64,000 bases of DNA, taken from assembly GCA_029953675.1 (NCBI GenBank), contig JAMWBK010000002.1, positions 558,001 through 622,000 of the forward strand. The letters run 5' to 3'. This document shows positions 47,061 to 60,730 of this stretch, in pieces. The DNA is from Rhodosorus marinus CCMP1338. Taxonomy: Eukaryota > Plantae > Rhodophyta. Below the pieces are notes generated by a model. The model did not search any database, was not told where the DNA came from, and saw only the letters and a list, made by a program, of their open reading frames with translations. The position numbers and the translations under genes were made by a program. The stretch's first letter is position 1. The number at the start of each line of letters is the position of its first letter.

Positions 47061-49397
47061 TCAGGCGGTCTCGCAGAACCGACAGAATGGCAGTCCAGCC
47101 GGCACTTTGAAACATGTCCTTATTTCTTTCCGCGTCTGTTGCAAACCTGGGCAGTGCATAGTGTGATAAACACGACCAGTATCGGTGTACATGTATATCT
47201 GTCCTCCTGTTTTCTCCTTCACAAATTTCGCGTCCAGGCGGCTCGATGAGGGCTCGGAGCTCTGACTGATGGAATCATTCTTCGCACGCGGAGGCTCACA
47301 CAAGTCAACATCTGACAACGAGGGGCTACAGATCTTGTCCGTAGGGATCCCCTTTTTCCCAGTTGCAGGGCTTGCTCTACTGCTCTCGCTGTAGGTAGAC
47401 GCTCCCCGGTCCGTTGTCCTCAAAGTTGAAGTTGTGGATTGCTCTGAAGCTCCAGCGGTGCCATTAAGCTTGTTGCAGACCTTGCATTCCCGTAGACCAG
47501 TGGGTGGGACTGGAGAATACTTAATCTTGCTCGCATTAGCCTTTTGCAAAGCAGAGCAGGTGCTAGAGTGGTATACTGATCTACCCTCAATGTACATGTA
47601 CGCTTCACTTTCTTGTGAGCGCTTTCCAGGTCTACGAAGCTTTGGTTCAGACCTGCGACAAAGCCGTACGCCCGAATACTAGAACTCAGTACGAATAGCA
47701 ACACATACGTGAAGGTTTTTTGAACTCACATCTTCTCCTTAGAGGCCCCGTTATGCTTCATAGTGTTTTCCCCCGCGCTCTTGGATTCGAAGTCTGAATT
47801 TGATGCGTCGGTAAGCGTTCTCCTACATGTACAACGTAGATCCCAAGCGAAGGGCGCAGGTCAGAACGCCATTGACAAGTGAAGAAAGTTCAAACACTCA
47901 GGCATCTGAACCACGCCAAGCGTATACCTGACACTTCTCGCGTTTCCCTCTCTCCAGGTGGATCGCTGTTGGGGCACACTCGGTGTTGAACACAAGGACT
48001 TCGGAATTTCTCTTAGTTGGTTCTTTCCACTGGATAAAGTCTTAGCTTCAACGCGCCCAGTTCGAGGAGTTTCCGTGCTAGCCATCCCTGTTTCAAGTCT
48101 CCTGCTCCCACTTGATTGAATTCTGCTCCGTTCCACAGCCGAGTCGCGTCTCTCCAACGTTGGAACACTCGACTCTTCCAAAGTCCTTCGAGCAGCTGGC
48201 AAGCCAGTGGAACTTTCGGAGAGGAAACCTGTGACTTCGCTCGTCTGGTCTCCCAGCAAGTTAGAGCAAATCTTGCAAAGACGCTTATCGAGTGGTGGGC
48301 GGTTCCAGACTTCTATTCTGGAGTATGACTGAGACCAGAGGCTACGGCAGACCCCACTGAGATGGTAAGTCGCCGCGTCTTCCTTGAAGTAGAAGGACAT
48401 ATCATCAGCATCCAGAATCTCATCTGGAATTTTTCGCGTAACAGTTTGCGTGGATGTTCTAGCCTCCAACGGTTTGGCACGTCGAAAAAGCACCGTTTTA
48501 AGCTCAACTGCGCCACCCAGGACCTAGCAGACCAAAATTCCGTTTCGTACTGAGAACAAAAACTAGAAACTCATATTTCTCAAGCTACATGTCCGCACCT
48601 CAGACGCTCGCTGTAGTATAGCTCTCTGCTGAAAAATATCATCCAGAGCCCGATGCGCCACAGTTTTGCCGATACCCAATTTAATGCTCAGATTCTTCAT
48701 GGAGTAGGAAGTTTCGGTTGGCCAGGCAATCTTTGAAGCGTCTACTAGACTGCAAGCAAAGCGCCACTGGTTTGGAACGCGAATGGCTCCTTTCGCGCGT
48801 TGCACCTCATTCGCCAGCATCCTTACGTCAAACTTGGAGTTGTGAGCAACCAGAACAGGAGTTGAACCCTTAGCAACCGACTGAACAAATCTAAACACCT
48901 GGCGATACAAATTCAAAGCGCGTTGGAGCTTACGTTACTACTGTGAATGGACGGAAAACAAAGTCCTGACATCACCGAGTTGATGTGGGCGCTCCCATGC
49001 AGCTGCTCACGATGCGGAGAACTTGTGCAGAATGCTCACCTTATCCCAGCTCTGCACGAATGTGCTCGAATGAGCCACATCTGTTGCCGTAATACCGTGA
49101 ATGTGAGAGTTGGGAATCTCGCTCAACGGATTGAACAGGAGGCTCAAATTCCGGCTCGGTTCGTCGTAGTCCATCAACGCGATCTCGATGATACGGGCTG
49201 AATTCGTCAAACCTGTGGTCTCCGTGTCCCACAGAATGATCTTACAGTCAGGACGTCCTCCATCGTCAGTCTCCATTGCTCACCTTCTAACCCAATGAAG
49301 ACAAGAACTACGAACAACATTCAGCAACTGTCCTCACGAAACAAGCCACAGGACGCGGAAGGAGCTGCCAACCTTTGAATTTTAAAAGCCTTCTCAT
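47061..49397 (-). CDS. DEDDh 3'-5' exonuclease (DnaQ/DPD1-like) with three C-terminal YH-C..CxxC Zn fingers; probably organellar
   Basis: ExoI WDTETTGL..RIIEIA, ExoII LVAHNSKFDVRML, ExoIII AHRALDD. Downstream exons join in frame. The candidate N-terminus MRRLLKFKGWQLLPRPVACF is basic; the start is uncertain. Confidence 0.85.
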
Positions 49398-50149
49398 GAA
49401 GTCGTTCTTCTCTCTGCTTGTTTCCTCTGAGAACTGTGCTCAAACGCAAAAAAGCTCCAATAGCTCCGCCTCTCTCGCCTCCCACTCCACCAGCATCCAT
49501 CTCTGGCGGAACCATTCGCAGTATCCAAGTAAAACCAAAAATTGTGTTGCAAGGGGTAAGATAGAAACGTCAAGAAATCGTGCTTATTTTACCTGAAATT
49601 ACTTAAAAAGCTTGCAAACTGATGCTCAGTCTGCGCTCAAGGGGGGGTAAGAAAACTACCAGCCAAACTAGAGCTGAGGCTTGGAGTATTTTGAAGTATT
49701 TTAGGAAAAAACAAATAAGTAGTTTAATGTATTACGAATTTAAGTTTCACGGGTGATCAAAAGTTTTCGAAATCTTAAGAGCGGTTGGCGAAAACCCCCC
49801 CCCCCCCCCCCGTTGAGCCCGTCCTTGTTCGCTGAAGCATCTTGGTCGAGCTCTCTGCACTAGCTGCCCTGCCACGCTGATGATTTGGGTATGCATTGAT
49901 ATCTCTGGAGCTGATCTCACATTGCCCCGTGTCTGTGTGCCTGACGAAAACGGATTTTGGGAATGTCTGCTGTGTCAAAGTCCGCACTATAAACCCCTCC
50001 AGCACCTGGAAGGAGATCAGGGATGTTAGTTGAGCATGGGATTAGAGTTCACTGGAAAGTAGTAGAAAAGAAGAGAACAAGGAACAAGGGAATAGAATAA
50101 AAGAACGGAGTTGCTTCGCGTGTGAAGTAGGATAGCGAGTCGAACCTCT

Positions 50150-51160
50150 GCGTGTTATAGGTTCGTGTGCTCGGACTCGCTGTTTTCAGCGTTCTCAATA
50201 TCGCACAACGTTGTCCAGGTTGATGACTCAGTCAGTGATTGGTGAACCAGAGAGCATCCTTGGAATTTCATTGAAGTTGCGAAAGCCCCTCTATGGACTG
50301 AAGCAGGCTGCTGCTTGCTTCAGTCCATAGAGGGGCTTTCGGAAAGATGAGAAACGTCTCGAGCGAACTTCTCTCAGGTGATGCAGCTCTTCTCGATGGA
50401 AACGCTCCGAAAAAAATTTGGGTTCTTGTGAACAAACGGATTTCTCCCAATCGAAACAGTAGTGGGCAGTTTGAGGTTTGTTTTGATTGGAAAGTATTTC
50501 TTATTCAGATATGTCCCGCTCGTGCGGGACATATCTGGACAGGTTTGGGACTTGTGGTTGTGGGATGACTGACCCGTTCATACCAGGTCTGTAGAAGCAG
50601 GGTGAACGCTGGTGACCGCTCAGGATGGAGTCGACTGCCTGATGAGATGCGTTGACAAGCCTTCCGTAACCTTATCGAGATGAAGAGCAGTAGAACTCCT
50701 GATTCAGGGGATGACATCTTACGAGAACCAGCGGAATCGGGTAAGAATTGAGAGCAGACTTATCCCCAGGTAGGTGGTGTGTGGCTACACGTATTCGGGT
50801 GCAGGTCTCAACAGCTCCTAGATCGTATTTCAGTTTTGTTGTATCCCAAACGGGAAAATCCGTTTTCGCCCCTACATGTGAGATTAAGTCCACAAGCGCA
50901 CTGCTGCACCAAAGATGTTTAAGGTGCTCGTCTCCCTCAAAGGATGATCCCGATATCTACGAAATGTATTGTACACTGATCGTAACGCTCGTATACGGTC
51001 GCAGGGAATTAGGGTTTAGTTTTGTTCAGCACAGGGGAAAATTTCCCCGACCAAAGAAAACAGTGGACGATGCAGATGCATCCTGTCCGACCTTTGTTCA
51101 CTTAAACTGCGTCTATAATCCCCATGCAGACGTAATCTGGGCCGGAAAACCAGATTGCTG
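50150..51160 (+). mobile_element. Decayed Ty1/copia RT remnant
   Basis: Clear motif LKLRKPLYGLKQAA at about 50271-50312. The flanks are only weakly similar to copia and are interrupted by stops. Confidence 0.55.
50280..50341. repeat. Perfect 26-bp inverted repeat with a 10-nt loop
   Basis: CGAAAGCCCCTCTATGGACTGAAGCA (50280-50305) pairs with TGCTTCAGTCCATAGAGGGGCTTTCG (50316-50341). Confidence 0.95.
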
Positions 51161-51903
51161 ATGGTCAGCCCTGCTTATCAAGTCTGCCACCAGTAGACTA
51201 CAAGTACACGAAAGACTAGCCGACGCACAAGAACCCGTACCGCAACCCCCCTCTTCGTTTTAGCAACGGAACGGACGAAAGCAATCCGTACCCTCCTACA
51301 ATAATCAAGGACTTCTCAAAACTACCGCATAAAATTACATCTAGACATATATATCTATTAATCTATCAAACAGCTCCAACCCCTTTGATCAAACAAAAAA
51401 ATTCGAAATGCGAATTTGTGGACTATATCCGATCGTGGCGTGTGATCGGAAGTCGCAGATCAAAACCATCAAAATTCGGATCGATATAAGTACTTTTTGA
51501 GAGTTTCTTGGATAGGGCGTCTTTTTAGGAGGGAGCACTGTGTTTTCCTCGTTTTCCGAATCGTTTTTTAGGGTTTTTCGTATTGGGGTTGGTGACGGGT
51601 TCTAAACTGAAAGGATTGAGATTAGAAAACGTTGTTTTATCGTGATTTGCATTGCTATGGATGGCCATTGATTTTGGGAAAAACGGTAAGCTTTTTCCGG
51701 GGGTTTGCCGGTGTGGGAGGGGAGGAAGAGGATTGTTGAATGAAGAGGGGGATGGGATAAGGGAGGAAGGATTTCTCTGTTTGGTGAATGAAGTAAACAG
51801 TCTTTATAGGATAGGAAAGGGAGACTTTGTAGTGTTGTTCTTCCTATATTTTGTGACGTTTTGACTGTTGTGGGAGTTTGTGTTTAATCCTACGCTTTCT
51901 GTT

Positions 51904-52852
51904 ATGGCGATGTTGGGGAGATTGTCGAGATGCGCGGGTTTGGTGCAGGGTGCATCGGTGCGTGGTCGCTGTTTCTGCTGTCTGTTCGGGTCTCGTTTTT
52001 TTTACTTCGGTTTTTTTTGAATTTGTGGACTGATTCGCTCTTTTTGTATGGCTTGCTGGTTTTGGATGGGTTCGTTTAGATGACGATGACACGAGGCGGA
52101 CTTCGCCAGACTGCGCCAACCCTGACCCGCTTCATGAGCACCTGTGAGTAATTTTCGTTGTATCTCCGGCCGTTGATCTACTTGGTTTTGGTGATTCTAG
52201 TCGCTAGACCTGTACTGTGTTGACTCCACCCTTACGGATGACATCACTTGTTCCTGCGTTCTCTAAACACCAGATCCGGGGGACAGAAGATACGCTGACA
52301 CGCATGAATGGTTGAAGAAGGAAGATGGAACCGTCACGGTAGGGATTACAGCACATGCGGCTGAGAAGCTCGGTGACATCGTGTATGTGAGTCTGCCAGA
52401 AGTTGGCGAGAGCTTCGCAAAGAATGATGCTATGGGAGTCATTGAGTCCGTTAAGGTATGCAGACAAAACTAGGCTCTGCAGGAGAACCCGAAGAGCTTA
52501 CAGTTAAAAGGTACACGAGACGGGAAAGCAATCTCTAATCCACACTCACGTTTTTCGATCAGGCTGCAAGCGATCTCGTTTGCCCTGTGAATGGAAAGAT
52601 TGAGGAGGTAAACTCCACCCTCGCGGATTCTCCCGAGCTCGTCAATAAGGAACCGCACGAACAGGGCTGGTTTGTGAAAATGAAGGTGAGCATTGAGTGT
52701 AACAGTACCCGTGTTTATGCAAGCGGAGTCTAAGAATTCCGAAAACCTTCTCGTGATCGGCTCCTGATTAATAGCTTGATGATGACGCCGACTTCGAGGC
52801 GCTCTATGATACTGACGGTTATCAAAAGTTTGTCGACTCTGAGGAAGATTGA
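51904..52852 (+). CDS. gcvH: Glycine cleavage system H protein, mitochondrial, spliced
   Basis: [27 protein letters not shown], lipoyl site GVIESVK|[19 protein letters not shown]; Arg-rich presequence. Confidence 0.96.
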
Positions 52853-53787
52853 TTGAGGCATTGTGAATTCACATCATACGGACGCTCTGAAAGGGACGCG
52901 AATTCGTAGACTAGTGTCGAGGGTATATAGCCGCCTTCTATGAATTGTTCAGTTAGGATCGATACAAGTAAAAATCTCGTCTCTCGTATTGACCGCTGTT
53001 GAAACAGTTGGCGATGGATCCGTTGGCACGCACGTTCGGAGCGGTGGGCTTGACTCGTGAAGGGATTTGGAGGCAGCAAGAACAGATCCATATTCTCAAA
53101 ACGAGGTCGACAGCGACGCCCGGGGGAGAGATTGACAAACAGGATATCGGATCCAGCTCCAAAAGGTCCCGCCAGGGCTACCTTGCAGAAAGCTGTCAGC
53201 CTCTTTCGCACTTGCGACCTGGGGAAAGTCGACCATAGCGGACATTAGGAGACAATTGTGAACATGATAAGCACGTGTCGATTTCAAACAGAGAGCGCGA
53301 CGTAGACATCCCCTCCAAGATTCCATCGGCCATGGAAATCAAACCGCAAAACCATTCACACAACAACCCCGTACGGAAAAATAAAAAAAGAACAATTATC
53401 CAACCCCCCCCCCACAAATGGATTGAATCAATCTTTTTATCATATTTTCAGTCTTTATGCCAACCTGACGTCGTATCGGAACCCCCCATAATAATGCTGG
53501 TTTTTCCTATTGTTTTGAAGGGTTTTTCATTCAGCTCGGATTAATTTGTTTATTTTTAGGCTATGTGCATTTCTGTCGAGTTTTTTATACCCCTTCTTTC
53601 ATGTTGTACTGAATAGTCGACTACCTTCGATTCTGAATGCGAATGAATGTTTTTGGTGTTTTGGCGAATTGGTTTGGTAGGGGGTTGGTATTTTCTATTT
53701 AGGGATCGGTGGGGCTCTTGTGGGGGGGGGGGGGACGGTGGGTGTGGTGAGATTTGGCCGTAATAGTTTTCTGTGAGATCTCTTAAG

Positions 53788-55027
53788 ATGATTGGGTTCG
53801 TAGGTTCATTTAGTAAGGGGCTAGGGTCTGGTCGTCGGGGGTTGCAGACGACGATGTCTGCGAGCCCAGTTGTGCTCTGTCCGGGACAGGGGGCACAGTC
53901 CGTGGGGATGGGAAAGACCTGGAAGGAGAAGAGCAAGGCTGCTCAGAAGATATTCGATCGTGCAGATGCCGTCCTTGGAGACAGATTAGGGTCCAACCTC
54001 TCGGAGATCATCATGAATGGGCCAAAGGTAATGCTTACACACGACTGTCGTTGGTTGATAGACCTGAGCTTAATCGTGATCACTTCCTCGACGTAGAGCG
54101 GTCTTGACAGGACAGATGTGGCTCAGCCTGCGATCTTCGTCACATCCATCGCAAGCTGGGATGGTATGAAGGAATTAGAGCTCGTTCCTCCGGGAACCCC
54201 TGCGACCGCGGCTGGCCTTTCGCTTGGAGAGTACACAGCTTTGACGGTTGGAGGTGCGATTGAATTCGAGGCTGCCCTTGAACTTGTCGCTCTGAGAGGT
54301 CTTGCAATGCAGGTAAGCTTAACGCGATGAGACGAATTTGTGATAAACTCTAACAAAGTCTCTCCATTTGTCGTCTGAGTAGGAAGCCTCTGAAGCAGTT
54401 GACAGTACGATGTGTGCGCTCGTAGGTGCTGATGAAGAGAAGGCTACCAGTTGCATTGAATACGCCTTGGAGAGGTGCAAAGGCCAAGTGCTTGTGGCTG
54501 CCAACTACAACGCTCCCGGACAGGTTCGTATAGCCAAGGTGTCGAACCATCGCATAGAAGCATAGGAGAGGAAGCGAAATCTGAACCGGTCGATGTTCTA
54601 GGTTGTTTTGAGTGGTAGCTCAGAAGCGTGCAATATGGCTGCAACGTACGCTGCGGACGAGATGAAGCTTAGGGCGGTGATGCTAGACGTAGCTGGAGCT
54701 TTTCACTCGCCGTTGATGGCCCCCGCGGCTGCGAGATTGGGGGATGCCCTCGCAGGAACGTCTATAGAAGCACCGGCATGTCCCGTGCTAGCAAATGTGA
54801 CTGGCCTTCCGCACGAGGCTGATCCGGAGTCGATTCGCAATCGGCTTATCGAGCAACTGACAAATCCGACGAGATGGGCGGATTGCATGAGCTACTATAA
54901 AAGTAATCCTGAAGTCGCGGGAGATGGAGACTGGCTAGAGCTTGCTCCGGGAAAGACCTTGACCGGCATTATGAAGAAATGTGACAGGAGGCGAAAAGTC
55001 ATGGGCTTCGATTCCCCACCGGAATAG
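53788..55027 (+). CDS. fabD: Malonyl-CoA:ACP transacylase, plastid-targeted, spliced
   Basis: LCPGQGAQ, AQPAIF, AGLSLGEYTAL, ANYNAPGQ, VAGAFHSPLM; short MIGFVGS transit peptide. Confidence 0.96.
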
Positions 55028-55789
55028 TACTGTTACCCGCAAATCAATAAGCAGACCGCTGGATCCGGCGTTAAACATTCCGCGCTTGAAAGTTTCCGAT
55101 TGTATATCCATTAAACTCAACCAAACATGACTCAAACAATGCTAATTTTTGAAGTTTCAAAATGCTATCGCACCCAGGCAAGACACAGCTAGAGCGCGCA
55201 AAGAATCCTCTCAGCGCATCTTCCAAGGCACAACTGGCTCGCTGGCTAATGACCTTCCTGTGCTAATATCTCAGGATCAAACCTACCCACCCCCCAGCTA
55301 CCCTTTGTCGACTGAATAATGTCAACATGCTAAAACCTGCAGCTCTTTGCATCCGACCCTTTGCCAAACTCCAATCGGCTTCCCTTCTACAGCTGTCCCC
55401 GGCATCTGATCTCTGCTTTCTTCCCCAGCCGGGTCGTACCTAGACAAGAAAGGGATCGCACCCGCTCGACGGGAGGGGTCGCAAACCAGTTCACTTCGCA
55501 AAAACAGGGGGAAAAGTCGCTTGCGCGACGAAAAAAATTCTTGATGCGCGAGTGTTGGTAGCTAAGCCCGGTCTCCTTTAGTAAAAAGCGAAAAGAGAGT
55601 TCGTACAAGACAGAGCTACCTCGCGATAACGCCCTTGCTCCTTTTCCCGTCCCTCCCAATGCGTCGACCGCGCATTATATAGCAACTTTCATGTTCAGAA
55701 TATAAATATCTATTGTGGGTTCTAAACGACTAGTTCTGAAACTTCGGAAATTCAATAAAGAGAAGAAGGATCTTTATTTTATCCAATAT

Positions 55790-57100
55790 TTAGTCAAGGG
55801 GACGGAATGTCCCAGACGGATTTGGGACAGTCCTGATTGTCCCAATTCCAGTGGCTTGCATTAGTGCCCGTGACATACGAGACGAAGCTGGCTGGACTAT
55901 CGGCACACTACGAGGAGGTAGCATTCTATGGCCCTCCACCGAACAGCAAGAAGCAAGCTTAAGAACGGAAGCCCTTTTCAGAGCTTCGTCTTCCAAGAGC
56001 CGAAGCTTACCTACAGCAGAGTCGAACAAGCTCGAGGGTAGGCCCAAGCACAAAAAAAATTTGTATAGAACTGTTTTGTTATCGCTGTCCGTCAGCTATG
56101 ACCACCGGGATCGCCTTAGGAATGACCCCGAGACCTTATGGCCCCTGCTACGCGCGCGGTTTCTCGAAGAGTAGAAGTCGTCAGCGCTCTCATCACATGA
56201 CCGCGGGGTGTCCATTGATACGACACGACGTTGATTAGAAGATTGAAGAATGCACCCTAGAAATGCGCTCTCGAACTCGCAAGAATTGTACATGTCTCCC
56301 AGAAGCTCCAGAGTGTTTTGGTCAACTGGTTTTGTCAAGACATCGAACTACATGGGCGTCCGTTTGGTACTATCTATCTGACCGCATTTGAATGAGCATT
56401 GGTCAAAGCCTTGCGATGTGTAAATGCTTGCTTCTTTCTTGCGTTGAGGCATCAAGGGCCTCATGTCGAGTACCAAGGATGAACTAGATGAAAAGGTGCG
56501 GTCAACGGCACGAAAATTGGTAGTCGGGGTTAGCTCTTTTGTAGCGCGATCCTATGACGTGCCTGTAAGTATGCATCCACGAAGAACGCTCGTCTTGTCC
56601 CGCACAAACTCGACTAATACTCATCAAAAGCTTGCCCGAAATTCAGGAAATAAGAAGAGTCTCAGAGTCGTTTTCCCATTGCGAGAACAACTTGACAATA
56701 ACCAAAGCGGTGAGAACGAACCGTTAAGAAACCGTGGTGTTCACAAGCACCTGACCCGTTCTCACTCAAGGCTCTCTATTTTTCGCTCCGTGAAGGAGCT
56801 GGACAGAACACAGGCTGCTGCACAGGACTTGCATAAGGTGTACGTTCCACTGTTCACAACACGCAGCCACCAACACCACTGAACTAACCTTCGGCTTGCC
56901 ACGGATTATCCATTACAGGACAAACGCGTGGCATGACTCTGTGAAGGATCTGCCGGAGGTCAAAAAGGCGCTTGGCGAGTTGCTTGAGTCGATTAAAAAG
57001 CTCTGAAACATCCTTGTGGATTCTGGCCAGTTCCCCAAGGAATCAACAGCACTTCCGAGCCGGTGCAACTGCTGCTCATCGAACGCGGAGTCATGGCCGA
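55790..57100 (-). CDS. Hypothetical protein (spliced, model unresolved)
   Basis: Several same-strand exon-like ORFs (55790-56053, 56096-56338 and upstream) in coding-like composition. No family recognised. Confidence 0.35.
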
Positions 57101-57317
57101 ACTCTCCCTAGAGTTCTACGTACAATGGTTCGTTCCCAAGTCTGCGGCTTTCAGTCTAGGTGTCTGTTTGTTTTACTGTATTGCTTATCAAAAGGTACGC
57201 TTCCACGGAGATTAAACACAACATGGGAGATTTGAAATTAGAATTTTGGTCTATTGCCACAGTCAATGGATTCCCTCCCCTCACACGCCGACGGAAAGGC
57301 GAATCAGTTTTCTCTGG

Positions 57318-58895
57318 TTAAAATAATAAGCTACCGCTCCGTTTCCTTCCTGGTTCCGCGTTAAGATTAGCAGGATTCGCATACCAGATCATATCGCAAA
57401 GGCGGAGAAAGGTGGAGGGCATTTCAGGATCGCCAGTTATGACTTCATAGCTCGTACGAAGAGAGTTGGTCCTCGGATCAACACCCGCTTCGCTGGTAGT
57501 CAGGTTCAACAGGACTGAACCCAGTTCTACGTTGTTCACGCCGACCGAGTTTGCAACTCGGAGCACACGATCTGGAACTCCTAGCTCGTACTTAATTCGA
57601 TCGTTGTTCATTACGGCAATGACGAGGGTGTCCGGGTGTTGCTGCATGAAAAGCGCAATGTTTGTTGCTATGGCCTCGTCGCAGAGAATCCGACTAGAAA
57701 AGTAGTTCTTCGGGTCCGGTTGTTTCCCGAGCAGGCCCTTTCCAGAAAGAATATTGAACGTCGGCGCGATCACGGCCTTCTCGTATGAAGGAAACCGTAT
57801 GTCATTCAGCGACTTTGCGAATCCTTCAGGGTCAACTACGGTCCTATACGAAACAATCGAGGAAAACAAAGTTTCAGATGCGGCTTGGCGTGCAAAAACA
57901 GCACGCCGAGCAAACATGGCAAGCAGAGCGTCCGTCGTTTTTTTTCCGGGTTTGCGATCCTACCTTCGGCGTTCAAGCTGAGATAGAGCTTGTAAACCCG
58001 AGCTCCTCACTTTATCTAGAACCTCTGTCTCAGCGTTCGCGGCTATCATTGGAATGTTATAGCGTCGACATATCCAGAATATTCCAAGGAAGTTGTCAAA
58101 GGGAACCGTAGACCTGTTCTTCCACTGCGTTACCTTGTAGAGTTTGTCCTCCCCGATCCTACCCTGAATGTATGACTCCAACGCTAGAAATTTGGGGGAT
58201 ACAAGAATCTTGTTCAATACCACGGCAAAGTCCTCCTATGAGCAATGATCTCCACAGCTGTTAGTAATCAAAAAAGCTCACCTGGCTGGAATCTGCCTTG
58301 TACTTCTTGCAGGGCAACGGCAACTTTGCCTCTTCGAAGTTTGAGCTCCTTAATCAATCTAGCCGATAGCAAGTGATCCGCGAGGCTGTTCTTATGGTCT
58401 CCAAGCAGCACTACGTTCTTCTTCGCCAATCTCGAAAGTGCATCGCCGAAGCTCTGCGGGGGGACAATCGAAAAATAGGCCGAATCGTTAAACTCTAGCT
58501 CCTTTTTTCGTACCCGGGTGTTCACGATCCTCAAACCGAATCTAAAAAAGCCTTACCACTTCTTTGAGACCGAACTGATCAACGTCATAAATGAAAGACG
58601 TTCTCTGGAAAACGTCCTTGCCCTCGCCCTTGAATATATCGCCGAGAAACCTAGCGTCCGCTTGATCTGGGAGGCCGAGCCCAGCAGCACCCAAGCCCGC
58701 ACCCATTGAAAGAAAATCTCTTCGGTTCCATGTTGATTCCAAAAAGGGCTCCTCGTTATCATCAGTCCCACCAACTTCTTGTGCACTTCCCAGACTTAAC
58801 CTCACAGTTTCCCACCTCCTCCCAGCCGCAGGAGCGGTGGCCCGGTCCCCTGAGCGTCTCCAACCATACGTAAAAGTAGGAGACACGAATCCCAT
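57318..58895 (-). CDS. ChaN/PhuW-like haem-binding (Tiki superfamily) plastid protein, spliced
   Basis: MGFVSPTFTYG transit peptide; RRDFL-type segment; VLLGDHKNSLADHLL..ALQEVQGRFQP..LESYIQGRI..YNIPMIAANAETEV..LCDEAIA..IKYELGVPDRV. Confidence 0.8.
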
Positions 58896-59475
58896 TCTCA
58901 CCAAAACCTAGATCAAACAACCACCCCCAGGCGCCGCCACCCACCCCCGCTCCCCCTTTCCAAGACCAAACAAAAAAAACTCTACGCTCAGCACTCTCTC
59001 TCCTGTCCGTCCTCTGCCCCACCACAATACCAGAACGCCAAAACTCTGCAAAGCACTAACCTGATATTGCGTCGGAAACCGCTAGTTCTAATGCAAGCAC
59101 CCCCCAAACCTCTTCAAACACCCGAAAACCCCTCCCTACAGTCAGCTACGTCAACCTTTAACGGTCATTCCTTTTAGTCTGCGTTCCATTGAAAAAAGAG
59201 TACTGAAAGAAGTTCTTTTCTATGAACTTCTTGAAGTTCTTCTCCTCTCCCCAAAACGCAAACTTGACCGTCTCAAACGACTATACGTTTCCTATCTCCC
59301 CCCTCTCTCTCTCCCCAGCTCCTCCCTCTACACCTTCACAAGTACCACTCGGCGGGGCTTCAGTGCGTCTCCGAGGCTTCACCTACCAACGCACAACATT
59401 TTGACCGATTTTGTTTGGTTTGAAGAGGCCGGACGCTGAGCAAAGCCAAGGCTGGAAGGAGGAAAGCCAGGACAA

Positions 59476-60730
59476 TTAACTATTCAGAGATTTTGTTGGA
59501 AACGTTTTGGATATTCGTGTTCGCTCTCGGAGTTCTGTAGTACTCGGATAATGAGGCCCATCGCCAAAAAAGGGTAGAAATCGCGTCATGAGCTCCTTGA
59601 GGAAAAGCTTGAGGGACTTGGATAACTGTTGCGTCTTTTTCATATCTGCTCCTGTCCTTGTCTCTCCTTCCGTGTAGCTTTCCGAACAAGGCTTCAAACA
59701 GGGAAAGGAAGAAAAAATTCTCATACCCCTTTTCTTGGCTTCCCTGTTTGACATTCTGGGGAGAGGGTCGCCGGCGGGCTCCCGCAGCGTCTGGACGATG
59801 AGCTCCCCTCACGACAGCCGTTTGGGATCGATTCATTGTTCTCAACAAGTAGAAGAATGTATTCAGGACATTAGCATATCTTTTAATGCCTCATATCACC
59901 CTTCTTGCTGGTCTGAGATCGATCGGAGAGCCATTGTACCTCGTTCGTAGTCTTCAATCCAATCTCCCCAGACTACCCGCCAACCCAAACTTAGTAGCGG
60001 AATACTAATACGTACTAATTTGTACTATATACAAATCTCCACGGAGGTGGAACACAATCACTATTCTCCACAGAATCTAGGGGGTAAAATATGAAATCAA
60101 AATATATCATGAAATCCAATTTGTTTTATTGTTGAGTGGATATAGTAAATTTATGAGGTTACAAATACCCCACAGGAAAACCAACATTCGTGAGAAGTTC
60201 GGGCGTTGGTTAGTTCACCAGGGATTTTTAATACGAAATTCGAACTATGGGGAAGTTTCCGTTGTTCAGTCGAAAGTAGCTGGCAATGCGATGTGTGATA
60301 TACCGCGATCGGATCCGAGTTCGAAGAAAAGCACGAATAGGATTCTCGGACTTGAGGAATATGGACAGATCTGGAGGATAATGAATTTACATCATGGATT
60401 GCTTTCGCGTAGAACATCGTCTTCGCTTTTATTCAGAGCAGAGCTACCCTGAGGAAGAGGGAAACAATAAAGAGGATGACGCGCAAGTTTGAACCCCAGC
60501 GAGTCAAAGACAGCTCCACTCTCAGTGTCCTCTGGAGTAGACCTATACGATGTAACTAGCGGGTAGGAGGAAAAGGAAGAATCTGTCTTCCTGCCACTAT
60601 TGTTCCCTGCGTCCCTTTCTGTTTTTGTTCGGTTTCTTCCTTTCTTTGGTTGAATGGGGTTGGAAACCCTTGCCACTGGGCTCAAGACTGCTGGCGAAGC
60701 AGCTAGTTTATAGATTAAGCGGCAGACCAC
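59476..60730 (-). CDS. Hypothetical protein (spliced, model unresolved)
   Basis: A chain of same-strand ORFs (60392-60730, 60151-60417, 59476-59754). No family recognised. Confidence 0.3.

Noticed and set aside
52822-53330. Overlapping minus-strand ORFs between gcvH and fabD
   Set aside because: All three frames are partly open, no family is recognisable, and the model would need an implausibly short intron or overlap the gcvH stop.
56138-56148. ATGGCCCCTGC match to U6 snRNA
   Set aside because: Only about 11 nt match; there is no ACAGAGA box or flanking U6 sequence.
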